Shown: in pieces, positions 30,310 to 43,816 of the stretch
Layout of the letters: the number at the start of each line of letters is the position of its first letter
How positions within the stretch are numbered: the stretch's first letter is position 1
Position numbers and translations under genes: made by a program
Source: Eledone cirrhosa
Lineage: Eukaryota
Length of the DNA: 64,000 nt
Assembly: GCA_964016885.1 (NCBI GenBank)
Contig: OZ024741.1
Coordinates: forward strand, 291,772,001-291,836,000
Reading direction: 5' to 3'
The notes under the pieces: generated by a model
The model's database searches: none
Told to the model about the DNA's origin: nothing
What the model saw: the letters and a program-made list of their open reading frames with translations, nothing else

Positions 30310-30360
30310 TGCTATATATATTTCGGTGACAGCCATTTTTGGCTGTCACCTCTTCAGGCA
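30310..30360 (-). ncRNA. Minimal type I hammerhead, canonical core
   Basis: TGC-CTGAAGA-GGTGACAGCCA(aaaa)TGGCTGTCACC-GAAA-TATATA-TA-GCA; perfect 11-bp helix II. Confidence 0.85.
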
Positions 30361-30568
30361 GTCCGAATTAGTGTGGTATAGACAAGTATATATGTTGTTG
30401 AGGTGTATAATTTTGTCAATACTCTGATATGCCCAGTTCCTGGTTGGGTTGTTATTTCACTGAGGAACTTTATTTTACATTACTCCGGAGTAACCAAACG
30501 AACCTGCGCACTTCGTCGAGTGCTCCAACCTGCCTACTGAGGTGTTGGTATACAACCAACATATACTC

Positions 30569-30656
<88 letters not shown>

Positions 30657-30660
<4 letters not shown>

Positions 30661-31152
30661 TGTATATATAGTGTATTTTGCAATACACTGTGTGCTTAAT
30701 TAAAACCATTTCGAAGACCTTATGCTATTGTTTTACAGTAGTGACAGTCTCACTTACTTTAATTTTCAGCAAACAAGGGAGATAAAGCTGACAGAGCTCT
30801 GTTTCGCACTTTTTGGTGCTTATCAAAGCTAACTACTCCTCCTGTTTGCTGAAAATCATGAATGTTTGATTCTTATAGAATTCTAGTAATAATCAGGAAC
30901 TGATTATACAGAGCGGTTGCTGGTCAAGCAGAAATTGAGAACAGAAATTGAAAATTAGAATTGGTGCTCTGAAATAGCGATATATATATGAACGTATATA
31001 TAAAATTAAAGTAAGTGAGACTGTCACTACTCTAAAACAATAGCATAATGTCTTCGAAATGCTTTTAATTAAGCATACAGTGTATTGCAAAATACACTAT
31101 ATATACATTCATATATATATATATCGCTATTTCAGAGCACCAATTCTAATTT
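30657..31152. mobile_element. Fold-back element in (TA)n with nested inverted repeats
   Basis: Arms 30657-30765 / 31002-31110 and 30951-30985 / 31120-31153; hammerhead at 30786-30830. Confidence 0.8.
30786..30830 (-). ncRNA. Type I hammerhead, compensatory U3-A8 core variant
   Basis: AGCT-TTGATAA-GCAC(caaaaa)GTGC-GAAA-CAGAGCTCTG-TC-AGCT, enclosed by TTTTCAGCAAACA/TGTTTGCTGAAAA. Confidence 0.85.
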
Positions 31153-31179
31153 TATATATATACATATATATATATATAT

Positions 31180-31619
31180 TAGGTATAGGATTATCCAAGA
31201 TGTAGTAATGGTTAATTACTACACTGGATATGGTTGACGTACGGTAAGAGGTTACTCTACGAGTTATGGAAGAATTGTTGAAGAAACTTAGTTCCTGATC
31301 CTTCTGTATTCCGGAGTGTATATAAAGAATGAATAATAACAGGTAGACATCATAAAAAGGTAATTTATCCCGTGTGCTTACAAGTGTTTCCACGGTGGTA
31401 CTGCAGCCTAGTTATGCTATGTGCAAATTCACAAGTACTTGCAGAACTCAAATATCCTTCTGCTCTGAGGAAACAGTGGTCACAGCATTGGATATTTGAG
31501 TTCTGCAAGTACTTGTGAAATTGCACATAGCATAACTAGGCTGCAGTACCACCGTGGAAACACTTGTAAGCACACGGAATAAATTACCTTTTTATGATGT
31601 CTACCTGTTATTATCCATT

Positions 31620-31625
<6 letters not shown>
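31180..31625. mobile_element. Fold-back element (arms 31320-31457 / 31490-31625, left tail)
   Basis: ~135-bp inverted repeat between (TA)n tracts. Confidence 0.8.
31461..31572 (+). ncRNA. Type I hammerhead with extended helix II
   Basis: TGCT-CTGAGGA-aacaGTGGTcaCAGC...GCTGcagtACCACcgtg-GAAA-CACTTG-TA-AGCA. Confidence 0.7.
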
Positions 31626-31675
<50 letters not shown>

Positions 31676-32038
31676 GTGTGTGTATGTGTGTGTGCTTCTG
31701 TGTGTACTTGAGTGTGTTTGCATGACAATTGATCGGTACGTCCATCCAACTATCTATCTATCTCCCTATCTCCCTATCTATCTATCTATCTATAGGAAAT
31801 TTATCTATCTACCTATCTATCTCTGGGATGGACACATGTGTTAAACTTGCTCGGTAAGTTTTGTTTAAATTTCTTTAGAAATTCGTCATTGTGAACTTTT
31901 ATTTTTATACCAGTTTGTAGAAGGACTGACAGGTCAAATTTTGATCTGGTCAGTCTCCCAAAATATCGTGCCCCCCAGGGCAAAAACATCCAACATATTT
32001 TCGAAAATATTTTTGCAAAACACTTCAATTTTTTAAAA

Positions 32039-33923
32039 ATGGCCGAAGCAAAGGCGCCTACTTCTTTGTCAATACAAGAAGATGGAAAGGGAAAGCCATG
32101 CCTACTTGACCAGCAAGTAGTATCAGACATGGACAAAGGAATGCCAACATTATCGCCTCAACATTTAGAAGAAGTACAAGCTTCAGCTGCTTGTAAGCAA
32201 CTGAACACGTCTGACGTCACAAACGTCACATGTATCCACACTCAGAAAGAAAAATGTGTAGCAAATACTAACACCACCACAAGCAACAACAACACGATAA
32301 ATGAGAACAACAATAATACAACAAAGGGAATCAGCGGAAACACAACGAATGAGACCATCATCACCACCAACAACAACAATAACAAAATTTCATTTGCAGC
32401 AACCGTTGTTAAGCAATAGGATTTTAAATATTACCCTATGGACATTTCCCGAAAGTCCCAAAATCTGGAAGAAGCTTCCAACTATGTGACGTTTGAGGGG
32501 GACACCCCACACATACACATACCCCCACAAGTAAGAGAGATGACACAGAAAAAGAAACTAATCTATAGAACAGTTGACATCATTACCAAAAAACCCATAA
32601 CGCTCCCAACAAACACTATTGAAGCTGCATTAAAAGATATCAAGCCAGACGTGGCATACCTCCAAAGAGCTAAACAGTATGGAAGTGTGTCAGTGCTCTT
32701 TAAGAGCGAAACTCTGGCTCAAAAACACTCGGTTCACCCAATAAAAAACGGATCAACACATCTTCTTCCCCACATACATGGGAAGAAGATCATAGAAAAT
32801 AAAAATAACCAGGATCCCAGCAGAGGTCAACATATGGTGGCTCCTACGCTGCATCCTGAAGAAGGATGAGGACACCCTCCTATCTGTAGACAGGATAGAC
32901 CGGAATAACTGGTTCGGAAGCTGCATCGAGGTTCTGGTACAAACGAGGCCAGAGAGAGTTGAGAAAATCCCGGATAGGATCGTCCTTGAGGAAGATGTCA
33001 TCTCCATTTTAATGGAGTGGAAAACTTCAATGCCATAAGTGTGGGAAAACCACACACATAAAAGCCTTTTGCCCTCTCTTAAACAAACCTAGGACAAACA
33101 AGGTGTTATTACCAACACCAAAACTCCAACATCAACACCCCAAACGAAACACAACACAAAATCTGCAGCATCCACTCCCACACCACCACAGACCAGAGAC
33201 AATCACACACACACAAATCCCACTGAAAAACCCTCCATTTCCTCCTCCTCCCTGTCAAATACTTCCACAAACACCTGCACAAACACTCCACTACACAACA
33301 TACCCCACCCATCTACCCCTGATTCAGAAGTCTCAGACACGGGAACCTCTACATCTCCAAGTGTGAATGAAGAGGAGCCCCAAAAATCAAAAAAACAAAA
33401 AAGAGACAAAAATAACACAAAAACAAAAACATCTACACAAAACACGCACACACCCTACCCCACAATAAACACACTGCCACAAACGACAAACACACCAACA
33501 ACACAATCACCACCAACACAACCAAACGCTTCACCAGAAAAACAAACACCCACACCACCACAATCACAAACCCCAACCACAACAAAAAAGCTACAAACAG
33601 AAACAGCACACATAAAAAAACAAAACACATTACACATACATAAAAACAACAAACAAAGAATTGGTAGACACTGTCCGAAAGGACCCTACTATCCAAACGG
33701 AAAGGAAAACCTTCCACACTAACGACCCACCCCCAAACCTCAAACTGATCAGGGTAACAACCCCCTACAACATGAAACATCGAAAAGGACCTTCCCACAT
33801 GATGTGGGCCCCCTTGCCAAAAACCCCTTAACCGTGTCCTGCTAAAATGATTCCCTCCCTCGCCAAACACCCAATCTGGACATGGAGATCGAACAACCCG
33901 ACCTCCAGGAAACGAAAAGGTAA
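32039..33923 (+). pseudogene. LINE ORF1 (gag-like), disrupted
   Basis: Asn/Thr-rich N-terminus, CHKCGKTTHIKAFC (CX2CX4HX4C) at 33031-33072, Pro/Thr-rich tail; several stops and frameshifts. Confidence 0.75.
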
Positions 33924-33963
33924 GTGTTCCTGCCATTTCTCTCCCTAACTCTTCTTTACCAAC

Positions 33964-36900
33964 ATGGCGACTATACAATTTGGATGTTTGAATGTACGTG
34001 TCCTTGGCAAGCCCTGGAAACAGGGCCAACTTTTTTAAATGATATCAGGTCACATTGCATAGATGTAATAGCCATCACCGAGTCCAGGATTTACGACAGG
34101 CAGCAGCTAACCCCCATGTTCGATGACTTTGAGATCTACGCATCTCTCTGTCAGCCAGGAGGTGGAGAGGGAGTTGCTGTTCTGTTTCGAAAGAACTTGG
34201 ATCTCAAAGTACAGACGATTCACTTGGACCCGGAAGGCAGCTTGGTGGTCCTGGGCGTGAATGGTAGTGACTGGTAGCCGTATATGCCCCGACTGGGACA
34301 TCGCGACCAGAGTTCTTCAAGCGTCTGGAGCCATTCCTGGGAACGTCTCGCTCCTTAGTATTAGCGGGGGACTGGAATGGCATCTTAGATGCACGTTGGG
34401 ACTATGTAGGAGCTTGTGATACTAGAGGGGGGTGTAATAGCCTCAAAAATCTCATCAGCCAATTCCAACTGGCTGATAGATATCGACTAGACTTCCCAAG
34501 TGTACCACTGTGGACGTGGAGCAACCGCACTGGGTCTTCTAGATCGTATTTAGATAGATTTTTAATTAGACAGAATGATAAGGAAACATTAAGCTGTCCA
34601 CAAATGCACACGGTTGCCTATTCACACCACAAATTAGTCACCTGCGTAGTCAACCTTGATAGAACACATAGACAGGGACCGGGATACTGGAAGCTAAACA
34701 TGTCGCTTCCGGCGCGTAAGACCTACAGTAAAGGGATTAGCACGTTAGTTAAGTGCCAGTTGACGGGGGAGATCGTCAACAACAGGTGGTGGAGCTCTCT
34801 CAAGAGAGCAATTAGAATAGAATCGATAACATTTAGCAAGGATGTAGCTTTTGAAAAAAAGAAAAACGAAAAGGAACTGGTAGCTAAAGTAGAAGAGGCC
34901 ATTCGGAATGGCAGTACAGCTGACGTGCTAGCGGCGAGAACGGTACTAGACCAGTTCTTCAACGTGAAACACGAAGGTTGTACTGTCAGAAGTAGAACAC
35001 GTGCTCTAAGAGATAAGGGAGCCAAAGCTGTTACTTGGGCACGAGTGGTAAAGGCGAAAAGTGGCAACAAATCCACAATTCGGTCCTTGCAAACAAAGAT
35101 GGACACATTCTACTTGATCCAAGCAGATGTGCACGGCCTTCCAGCAGCATTTTGCACAACTCTTCGGGCAAAGCGGTACGTCAAGGGAGGTGATGGACTC
35201 CATCTCCTACCTCGACGGCGTACCACGACTCTAGAAAACGGATGCGGAGAGCTGCCAAAGACCGATCACAGCGGGCGAAATAGTAGATGCCCTAGGCCGC
35301 TGTGGGGAACGCAAATCACCCGGTTTAGATGGTCTACCGTATGAGTTTTACATAGGCATAGCAGACTTGTTCTTTGGCGTCCTCGAAGCGATCTACTGCA
35401 GCTGGCAGCAGAAAAGGAGGATTCCCAGTTCTGTAGGCAGAAGCGTAGTAACGCTGATCAGGAAAGATGAGAACAAGGAGGATGAGATAAGCAATTTCAG
35501 GCCCATAACTCTTCTCAACACAGAGTTAAAGATTTTGGCCAAGGTGTTAGCAGCGAGGCTGGCGCTTTGCGTCGAGAATCTGGTATGGAAGCGCAAACGT
35601 GTGCAATCCCGACCAGGTCCATACATGACAAGTTCCACCTCATGCGATACATCATAGAGAGGGTAGGGGGTAAACCTAACTTCGGTGGGGCTATGATCAA
35701 TTTAGATCAGTCTAAGGCATTTGATAGGGTCGACCATCAATACTTGGAAGCGGTTCTCAAGGCGGCCGGCTCGGTCCCGTCTTCAGAGGCTGGATCGCTA
35801 CCATGAAAACCAGTATCTGCTCGGCAGTCAAGGTGAATGGCTACCTATCGGAGCCATTCCAAATCATGCATTCCATCTGTCAGGAGTGCCCTCTCTCCTC
35901 CAGTCTGTATGTACTGACTCTCGAGCCATTACTGCAGAAGTTGTAGCCGCTGCAGGGCAACACGATCGAACCAGGACTGCGGAAAGCATAACCGTAATGG
36001 TGTCGCAAACCTCGGACATCGGCTAATCGGCAACCTATTACAGGAATACCAAACATTGACAGGAGCAAGACTAAACCCAAACAAGTCTGTCGGTTTGCAA
36101 CTCGGCACATGGAGAGGTAAACCCATGCCTTCAGACAGTGTCATTGGACGCTGGACGGAAGGACCGGTGAAATTGTTCGGGGTCTCGTTTGGTCCAGACC
36201 TCCAGGTGGACAAGAACTGGAACGAGGTCACGGCGAAGGTGTTTGCACTCACCCAGAAGTGGGCAGAGTGCAAACTCTCCTTGAAAAGTCGAGCGGAGGT
36301 GGCGAATACTTACATAGCGTCCGTCATCTACTACCGCTTGACAGTTGTGCTTTGTCCTCGCGAATACCTCACCAAATCGGAACGCCTACTCTTCAATTTC
36401 CTCTGGAAGAAACAGGCCCCATTGGTGAGGAGATCCATCTGCTGTCAATACCCTTCTAACCGAGGGCTGGGCACGCTGTGGCTGATGATGCGCAAACACC
36501 TGCCGAGGCTACGCCATCTCCAGGTGTTCCTGACTAGCGAACCGGTGTGGCTGTCGTTTGTGAGACGAGCTCTTTCACAACTCGTCTCATTAACAGAGCT
36601 GCAGTCCTGGGTCAAGCTAAGACCGAAAATGGGTGCCTGGCACATCGAGTGCCTTCAGGCGCTGACAGCCCTCTACCAAGGGGAAACGGCAATAAGCGGA
36701 GACTCCACTTCGACATTCTATAGGGGATTAGTGGAGGATAAGTGCGACGACGTTCTCGGGGAAACTCTAAGCATCGACGAAGACGAACTGACCAGTCTGT
36801 TCAGAAGGACTTTTCGTCCATGGCCTATGGATAACTTCCAGAGGTCTCCCCCGGGCAGTGCTACCAAGGAGCTCTACCAGTTCGAGACAAAATCTACAGG

Positions 36901-37350
36901 CACGGACGCCCTGGCAGAGATCCTGCCAAAAGGATCTGTCCAAGATGCTAGCAGGACATCGAAACCGTTCTGCACGCAATTGTTCAGTGCCCTGGGGTGA
37001 CCGACCTGTCGAATTATGTCGAACTGCCAATGGCACGTGTAGGACGCATCCAGTTGCCAGCCGAGACCATCGTGAGGATCACCCCGCCGCCTTCATTTAA
37101 GAACGAAGGAGAGGCGGTTTTCCTCTGTCTGGTGGCTATGGCGAAAGAGGTAATATGGTGGACGAGGTTAAAAGGACTGAGGGCAAGCACCTTTAACGGA
37201 CGACAACTCATCCCCTTCTTTAAATACCAATTCAGAAGGAAGGTGAGAGTGGAGAGAGAGGTGCTACACCCCAGTAAATTCGCTGAAAGGTGAGTGAATG
37301 TGTCGAAAATGACCCGGGTGAATGGGCCTTCTCTGTATATAAACCTGTAG
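33964..37350 (+). pseudogene. LINE ORF2 (APE endonuclease and reverse transcriptase), disrupted
   Basis: MATIQFGCLNVR, AGDWN, SYLDRF, GPGYWKLN, NFRPITLLNTELKILAK, LDQSKAFDRVDH, QECPLS; YADD region deleted. Confidence 0.92.
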
Positions 37351-37638
37351 GTTGAGGAAGATAAACAGAGGGAAGACGGGAACACCTACAAAACGTGTTC
37401 CTGGTGTTGAGGGTTGTTCTATCCACAGAGTGTAAAACAACCCCGCAGTAGCGTTACCCCCTCCCCCCCCCCCCAATGGGGATTTCAATTGTTTTATTTT
37501 TATATAGTTTATTGTTATTTATCATTGTTAAAGATTTTATGTAAAACCCCCGACGTCACGTCTTGTAATGTCCCATTTGTGTACGCCCCTGTGGCGAATA
37601 AAGAAAGATATCTATCTATCTATATATCTGTCTGCCTC

Positions 37639-37671
<33 letters not shown>

Positions 37672-37672
<1 letters not shown>

Positions 37673-38490
37673 GCGTAGAGGCGGAGGAACTGGCCAGTCT
37701 GTTCGTTAGGACCTTCCGCCTGGGACCAATGGACAACTTCCAAATGTCCCTGGCCTGGCAGTGCTACCAAGGAGCTCTACCAGTTCGAGACAAGCTCTAC
37801 AGACACGGGCGCCCGGGTAGGGACACTTCGAAAAAGATCTGTCCGAGATGCGTGTGCGACGAGGAAACCGTCGCGCACGCATTTGTACACTTCCCGGGCG
37901 TTACCGACCTGTGGGGCTATGTAGAACGACTATTGTCGCGGGTGGGACCAATCCAGTTCACCACCGAGTCCATTGTCATGATCAAACCGCCACCCTCCTT
38001 CAAAAACGAGGGAGAGGCGGTTTTCCTATGTGTTATGGCTATGGTGAAAGAGGTTATATGGTGGACGAGGTTGAAAGGGCTGAGGTCAGACACCTTTCTC
38101 TCCGGCGAGCAACTGATTCGTTTTTTCAAATATCATTTTGGAAGAAGAATCAGGATGGAGAGAGAGGTGCTATACCCCAGCAAATTTTATAAAAGGTGGG
38201 TGAATGTGGCAAAGATGGCCCGAGTGGTTGGGCCTTCTCTATATATAAGCCTGTAGGTTGAGGAAAAAGAGGAAGAGAGGAAGGGAGTACTCACTCTTGG
38301 TGCTCCTGGAGATGAGGGTTGTACATTTTTTCGGGGTGTGTACAACCCCTGTGTAACACCTCCCCTCTATTGGGGATTTCAATTGTTATTTGTTATTGTA
38401 TTAATAGTTTTATTTTCATATACCTCTATGTAAACTCCCCATTTGTATTTGTCCCCTTCTTTTGTGCCCTTGTGGCTAATAAAAAAATTA
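37672..38490 (+). mobile_element. 5'-truncated second Tx1-like copy (C-terminal CPRC..ET..H zinc motif and 3' UTR) in the same (TATC)n/(TGTC)n tract
   Basis: LAWQCYQGALPVRDKL..CPRCVCDEETVAHAFVH; ends GTGGCTAATAAAAAAA then TATCTATCT. Confidence 0.88.
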
Positions 38491-38789
38491 TCTATCTCCA
38501 CCCATTCACCACGTTTCTTTTGTTTGGATTTGTTTTGTTTTTACGATAAGTGTTAAAGTCATTAACCGATTTCTGTCAGTCAGTTGGGTAGCGATCGATG
38601 TTAGCTTGAAGGAATGGTTTGGGTAGATAGATTGATGGGTTGGTGGGTAGAACGATAGGTGGGTAAATGGGTAGATGGGGTAGATGAGTAGAGGCGTAGG
38701 AGGTAGTGTAAGGAGGAATGTGTAATGTTGGATAAGGCTAAATGTTGTTGAAGTAGGAATCACTGCTGAAGAGATGATCAAGATATGCT

Positions 38790-39640
38790 ATGTCATCTAT
38801 GTGTGATGCGTGTAATGTATTGTGCTTATTACAATGGGAATGTGTAGTGTGTGTGTATGGTGTGTATGTGAGGTGTTTATTATGTGCGTGGTGTGTGTAA
38901 CGTAGTATGTATTGTGTGGAGTATATGTGTGATGTGTGTAATGTATTGTGGTTATTACAATGGAAATGTAGTTTGTATTGTGTGTGTATGTGCGGTGTTT
39001 ATTGTGTGTGTGGCGTGTGTAACGTAGTGTGTATTGTGCGGTGTGTATGTGATGTGGTGTAGATAGTATGGTGGTGTGTATAGTGTATATATGGGTGATA
39101 TGTAGTGTGTATGTTGTGTGTGTGGTGTCTGAATGAGGTATGTGTGTGTATGTGTGATGAGTGTGGAATGTATAGTGTGTGTATGTGAGATGTGTGTGGA
39201 ATGTATAGTGTGTGTGTATGTGAGATGTGTGTGGAATGTATAGTGTGTGTATGTGAGATGTGTGTGGAATGTATAGTGTGTGTATATGTGCGCAGTAGTT
39301 ATGGCATGTTCCGTATGTATGTATGATGTCTCTGATTTGTGCGAGATTTTGTGTATGAAGTACTCGTGAGCATCTATCGGAATGCATGAGTACACACACA
39401 CACACATACACTCACACATGCACAGCACACATATACACACACACACACATACACATGCTCACCCCCTCCCCACACGCACTCACACATGCACAGCACACAT
39501 ACACACACACACACATACATGCACAGCACACATATACACACACATACACATGCTCACCCCCCCAACACACACACACACACTCACACATGCACAGCACACA
39601 TATACACACACACATACACATGCACAGCGCACACTCGCAA
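38790..39640. repeat. GT-rich then CA-rich low-complexity/minisatellite region
   Basis: 31-33-bp unit GTGGAATGTATAGTGTGTGTATGTGAGATGT repeated ~4 times at 39160-39285; CACATGCACAGCACACAT units at 39410-39630. Confidence 0.8.
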
Positions 39641-39937
39641 ACACAGACGCAATCGCCTCGAGATATTTTCTAACTCAATATCTTGCCTAATAGATCATTC
39701 TAGATATACTTTAACTATCTCCAAGAGACAGCATTTGTTTTGGTTATATATATACGTGAACACTTCGTGTCCCGTGTACATACAGTCGTTGTATATTCAA
39801 CCCCTCGCGGCCAACTGATATTTGTAGCAAGGTTCCACAAAAACGTGTCTCTTTCTAAACTGAATGAAAAAGCAAATAGTCGAAAAATCGAAAGATGTCT
39901 CCTAAACTTAAATTAAGAAAAATACACGCACATTTCA

Positions 39938-39961
39938 TACTACTACTACTACTACTACTAT

Positions 39962-39999
<38 letters not shown>

Positions 40000-40635
40000 A
40001 TTGTTTCTACTTTAGGCACAAGGCCAGCAATTACCCAGTGCATTACTGGTACTTTATTTTATCGACCCCGTAAGGATGAAAGGCAAAGTTAACCTCGGCG
40101 GGATTTGAACTCAGAATGGTAAGGGCCGTAACTCTATGTGTCAAAGCATGGCCTCCGACCCTCCACCGATACTGCCAATCCACTCTGATTTAGGCACGAG
40201 GCCAACAATTTTGGGGGCGGAGAAGGTCGATTAAATCGACCCCAGCTCATTACTAGTGCTTTATTTTATCGACGCGGGAAAGATGAAAAGCAAACCTAAC
40301 CTCGGCGGGATTTGAAATCAGAACGTAAAGGGCTGTAATTCTATGCCGCGAAGCATTTGGTCCGACTCTCTACCTTCTGCAAATTCAAATAATAATAATA
40401 ATAATTGTTTCTACTTTAGGCACAAGGCCAGCAAATACCCAGTACATTACTGGTACTTTATTTTATCGACCACGTAAGGATGAAAGGCAAAGTCAACCTC
40501 GGCGGGATTTGAACTCAGATTGTTCAAATCCCGCCGAGGTTGACTTTGCCTTTCATCCTTACGGGGTCAATAAAATAAAGTACCAGTAATGTACTGGTGA
40601 TTGCTGGCCTTGTGCCTAAAGTAGAAACAATTATT
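39938..40635. mobile_element. (CTA)n followed by a cluster of four SINE copies (three minus, one plus)
   Basis: Copies at ~39999-40185, 40186-40382 and 40400-40520 (minus) and 40522-40635 (plus). Confidence 0.9.
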
Positions 40636-40679
40636 AAATAATAATAATAAATTCATCCACTTCTTAGTGATGACATGAT

Positions 40680-41200
40680 AAAACCTTTCCATTCCATACG
40701 ATCCAACATTAACTGTCTTAGCTCTTCCCTTGATAATTCTGTATTTTTTATCAATGACGCACTTTAATGTCTTTGGAAGTCTTTGCGTTTCACATTAGTG
40801 GGCTCCCATTGTAAAAGTTTTGTTGTAGGTTCGTTACCTCTTATGACCTGCAATTTGGAGACGCCTGACACGGATGGTATGGCAAATGGGCATGAGGTTG
40901 CCGTAGAGAATTTCGTTTGTAACACATTTGAGAGGTTTGATGTTTTTTATCCTTTTTAGCATTCGTGTGTAACAACTATCTAACGTTTTTGTGATAGGTA
41001 TTATCACTGACCATGATTAACAGGGATATAATAAGTTTGATTGCAATGTAGCTTTAAAAAACCTTTGTTTTTGTGGTTATGTTATATTTCCACACCTTAT
41101 CTAGTGAGTTCACAGCAGACCATACTTGTGCTATCTCGTAGTTTATATCATTTAATGAGCTGGTGCATGCGCCAATGTATTTAAAATATTGGTCATAATC
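40680..41200 (-). pseudogene. Decayed RTE-like reverse transcriptase C-terminal region
   Basis: FKYIGA..DI..IAQVWSAVNSLDKVWKYNITTKQRFFKATLQSNLLY and a downstream WEP motif; frameshifted. Confidence 0.65.
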
Positions 41201-41994
41201 CCGCAAAATGTTCTAACACTTAAGTACTAAATCAGACAAAATAAGAGATACATTGGGAGATTTATAGGTTTCTCGTTACCTCATAAATCACCCCCTCTTA
41301 TTTCATTTTCTATCATTCTATCTTTCCTGCCAGAGCACTCCCGAGGGACTTCGACTACCTCGTTAAAGCAGGATTGTTTCGGTTGTTTTAATTTCAACAC
41401 AAAGGAGCTGCGATTCTCGAAAACCAGTTTACTTACACACTGCCTTAAGAAGCTGGAAGTTGTGGTAATATCTAGATATAAAGTGATATAGGTAATGTTC
41501 TTTCCTCTCTTTTCTATCAGACTTCAGAATTTTATAATAGACAAACTAGTGGCTAGTTACATTCATCGCCGCAAAAACTAAACTTCTTTCCGTTAATCGA
41601 TATAAGAATTGTGATAATATTCCTATTTCTAATCTTCAATGCTCTTCTTTCTCATGTTTTTAGCTTTGTCTTATAGGTTTAACTTTGTAAGATCTTACTT
41701 GGAATGATTACATTAGATCTCTTGTTAAACTACTCACTATAAAGGCAGTTAACTATATTGATCTTATCATTATCTTTCTTCTGAATGTAGTCTTTATTTC
41801 TCATATTTGCCCTTCTATAGAATACTGTTATCACATCAAGTGGACTGGTGCATCTTCTGGGCATCTTTCTCTCTTTGAATTCATAGAAATGTTTCTAATA
41901 TAGTTTGGCCCTTCCTTTACAGATAAATTACAACTCTCTTATCACCAGAGCATTGTGATGCTCCATCTTGTAAAAACATAGTTACCCATCCCCA

Positions 41995-42069
<75 letters not shown>

Positions 42070-42114
42070 AAATAACAGGAGGCTGGATTGGTGTAAATCC
42101 TTGAAAGGTTTATT

Positions 42115-42172
42115 ATACTATGATCATTTCAATGACTGGGTTCAGTATGAATCCGGTGACATCATCAGGTAT
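42115..42172 (-). ncRNA. Minimal type I hammerhead
   Basis: ATAC-CTGATGA-imperfect helix II-GAAA-TGATCA-TA-GTAT; palindromic helix III ATGATCAT; ~50 bp from (TA)n. Confidence 0.7.
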
Positions 42173-42293
42173 TCAAAATATAACAAAGGAATATAACAGA
42201 TAAAATCCATGGGGCTGAAAATGAGAGGCAAGAGGACGACCGACTATTTAGCAGCTTCTACCTCAGTCGGCCGCCCTCATATATATATATATA

Positions 42294-42354
<61 letters not shown>

Positions 42355-42357
<3 letters not shown>

Positions 42358-42470
42358 GGTGCATGGGTTAGTGGTTAGCGCTTGTGAGTTCGATTCCCTG
42401 AAAGGACTCTTATGTTCCTAAACAAAATGCTTTATTTTCACATAGCTCCATTTACTTCGTCTATAACGGC
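42355..42470 (+). mobile_element. tRNA-derived SINE fragment
   Basis: GGGTTAGTGGTTAGCGC A-box and GTTCGATTCC B-box. Confidence 0.6.
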
Positions 42471-42932
42471 CTTTGCCTTTCACTCGTAGAAGCAGAACAC
42501 AGTTAGAAAACATTAGTAACCAAAATGAATGGACTGATTATATTAATAAAACTGGCATGAATAACATGAATGAATGGAGTCATATATAATGTAAAATCTC
42601 GAAACGAATTCATAGAGCAAACATTTTTTCCGAAGAGTAACTCAATAGAATGGTTGAGAAAAAGACTCTTAACAAACCAGAAGTTTAAAAGGGGAAATCG
42701 AAACCCACAGAAGGGAAAATGGCGACGCTGTGAAGGTCTGGATTAAAAGTGGAAATGATAGTTCTGATTTTGTTTCTCAGTCGCCAAAAACAAACACAAA
42801 AATAATCGAAATATGACAATGAAACAAAAAGTTAACGTCAATTATGGACTATATAATATATGATCAATATACAGAAATTATCGACCGTATGGTTTCTAAC
42901 TAGATAAAATATATTCACAGACATGACTATTT

Positions 42933-42996
<64 letters not shown>

Positions 42997-42998
<2 letters not shown>

Positions 42999-43095
42999 TT
43001 CAAGAGTAACCAATCTTAAAGAGAGAGATTGAGATAGTAGAGGAGATATGAGAGGAAAGATTGGTGAAATGTGTGGTCTTGTTTTGCTTAACTAA

Positions 43096-43100
<5 letters not shown>
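42997..43100. mobile_element. Family D mini fold-back (tail on minus strand joined to short end on plus strand)
   Basis: Matches 29720-29793 reversed and 29585-29613 forward; (TA)n on both sides. Confidence 0.7.
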
Positions 43101-43144
<44 letters not shown>

Positions 43145-43274
43145 ATAATAATAAATGTGAAGACTAAAATACAAAGAGTTTCAGAAGATCCCATTAAGGG
43201 TGAAAGCAGCGATTCCTTGCTTAAACTTTGATCTGTTATTTTAATAAATATATATATATGAATATACAGTAGAT

Positions 43275-43326
<52 letters not shown>

Positions 43327-43816
43327 GTGTGTGTGTGTCTGTATGTATTTATATATAAATATATATATCCATTGGAAATATATAGATACGTCCATATGAA
43401 AACTGAGAATAAGTAGTGAGTATAATAATTACGCTATGTGATAATAACAGGACTTCTACAATAATCTGTGCCATACCTGTCTAAACTGACAAGAAAATCA
43501 AAGAGAAACCACTTAAATATCATATTCAAAGACGACAGTGAAAGTAAATGACCTATGAACACGGATATATATCTCTATACATTTTCTTGAAACCAAACAT
43601 CTGAAACGAAGGTAAAAAACTATCAAAGTAGAAAACCAATGTGTGAAAAGAAGCAAGTATTAGATTATGAACGACGTCAATAACAATTGGCGGACAATAA
43701 CAATTGGTATGATAAAAAGACCACGAATAAATAAAAAGAAAACATGTCAGGTCACAAAAATACATGTAAATGATACACATACACACACACAAACACACAC
43801 AAATATATACAATAGA

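Larger units (their letters stand above)
31822..37607 (+). mobile_element. Near full-length decayed Tx1/L1-clade LINE inserted in (TATC)n
   Basis: ORF1 with zinc knuckle, ORF2 with APE, RT and C-terminal domain, AATAAA at ~37597; TATC repeats on both flanks. Confidence 0.9.
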
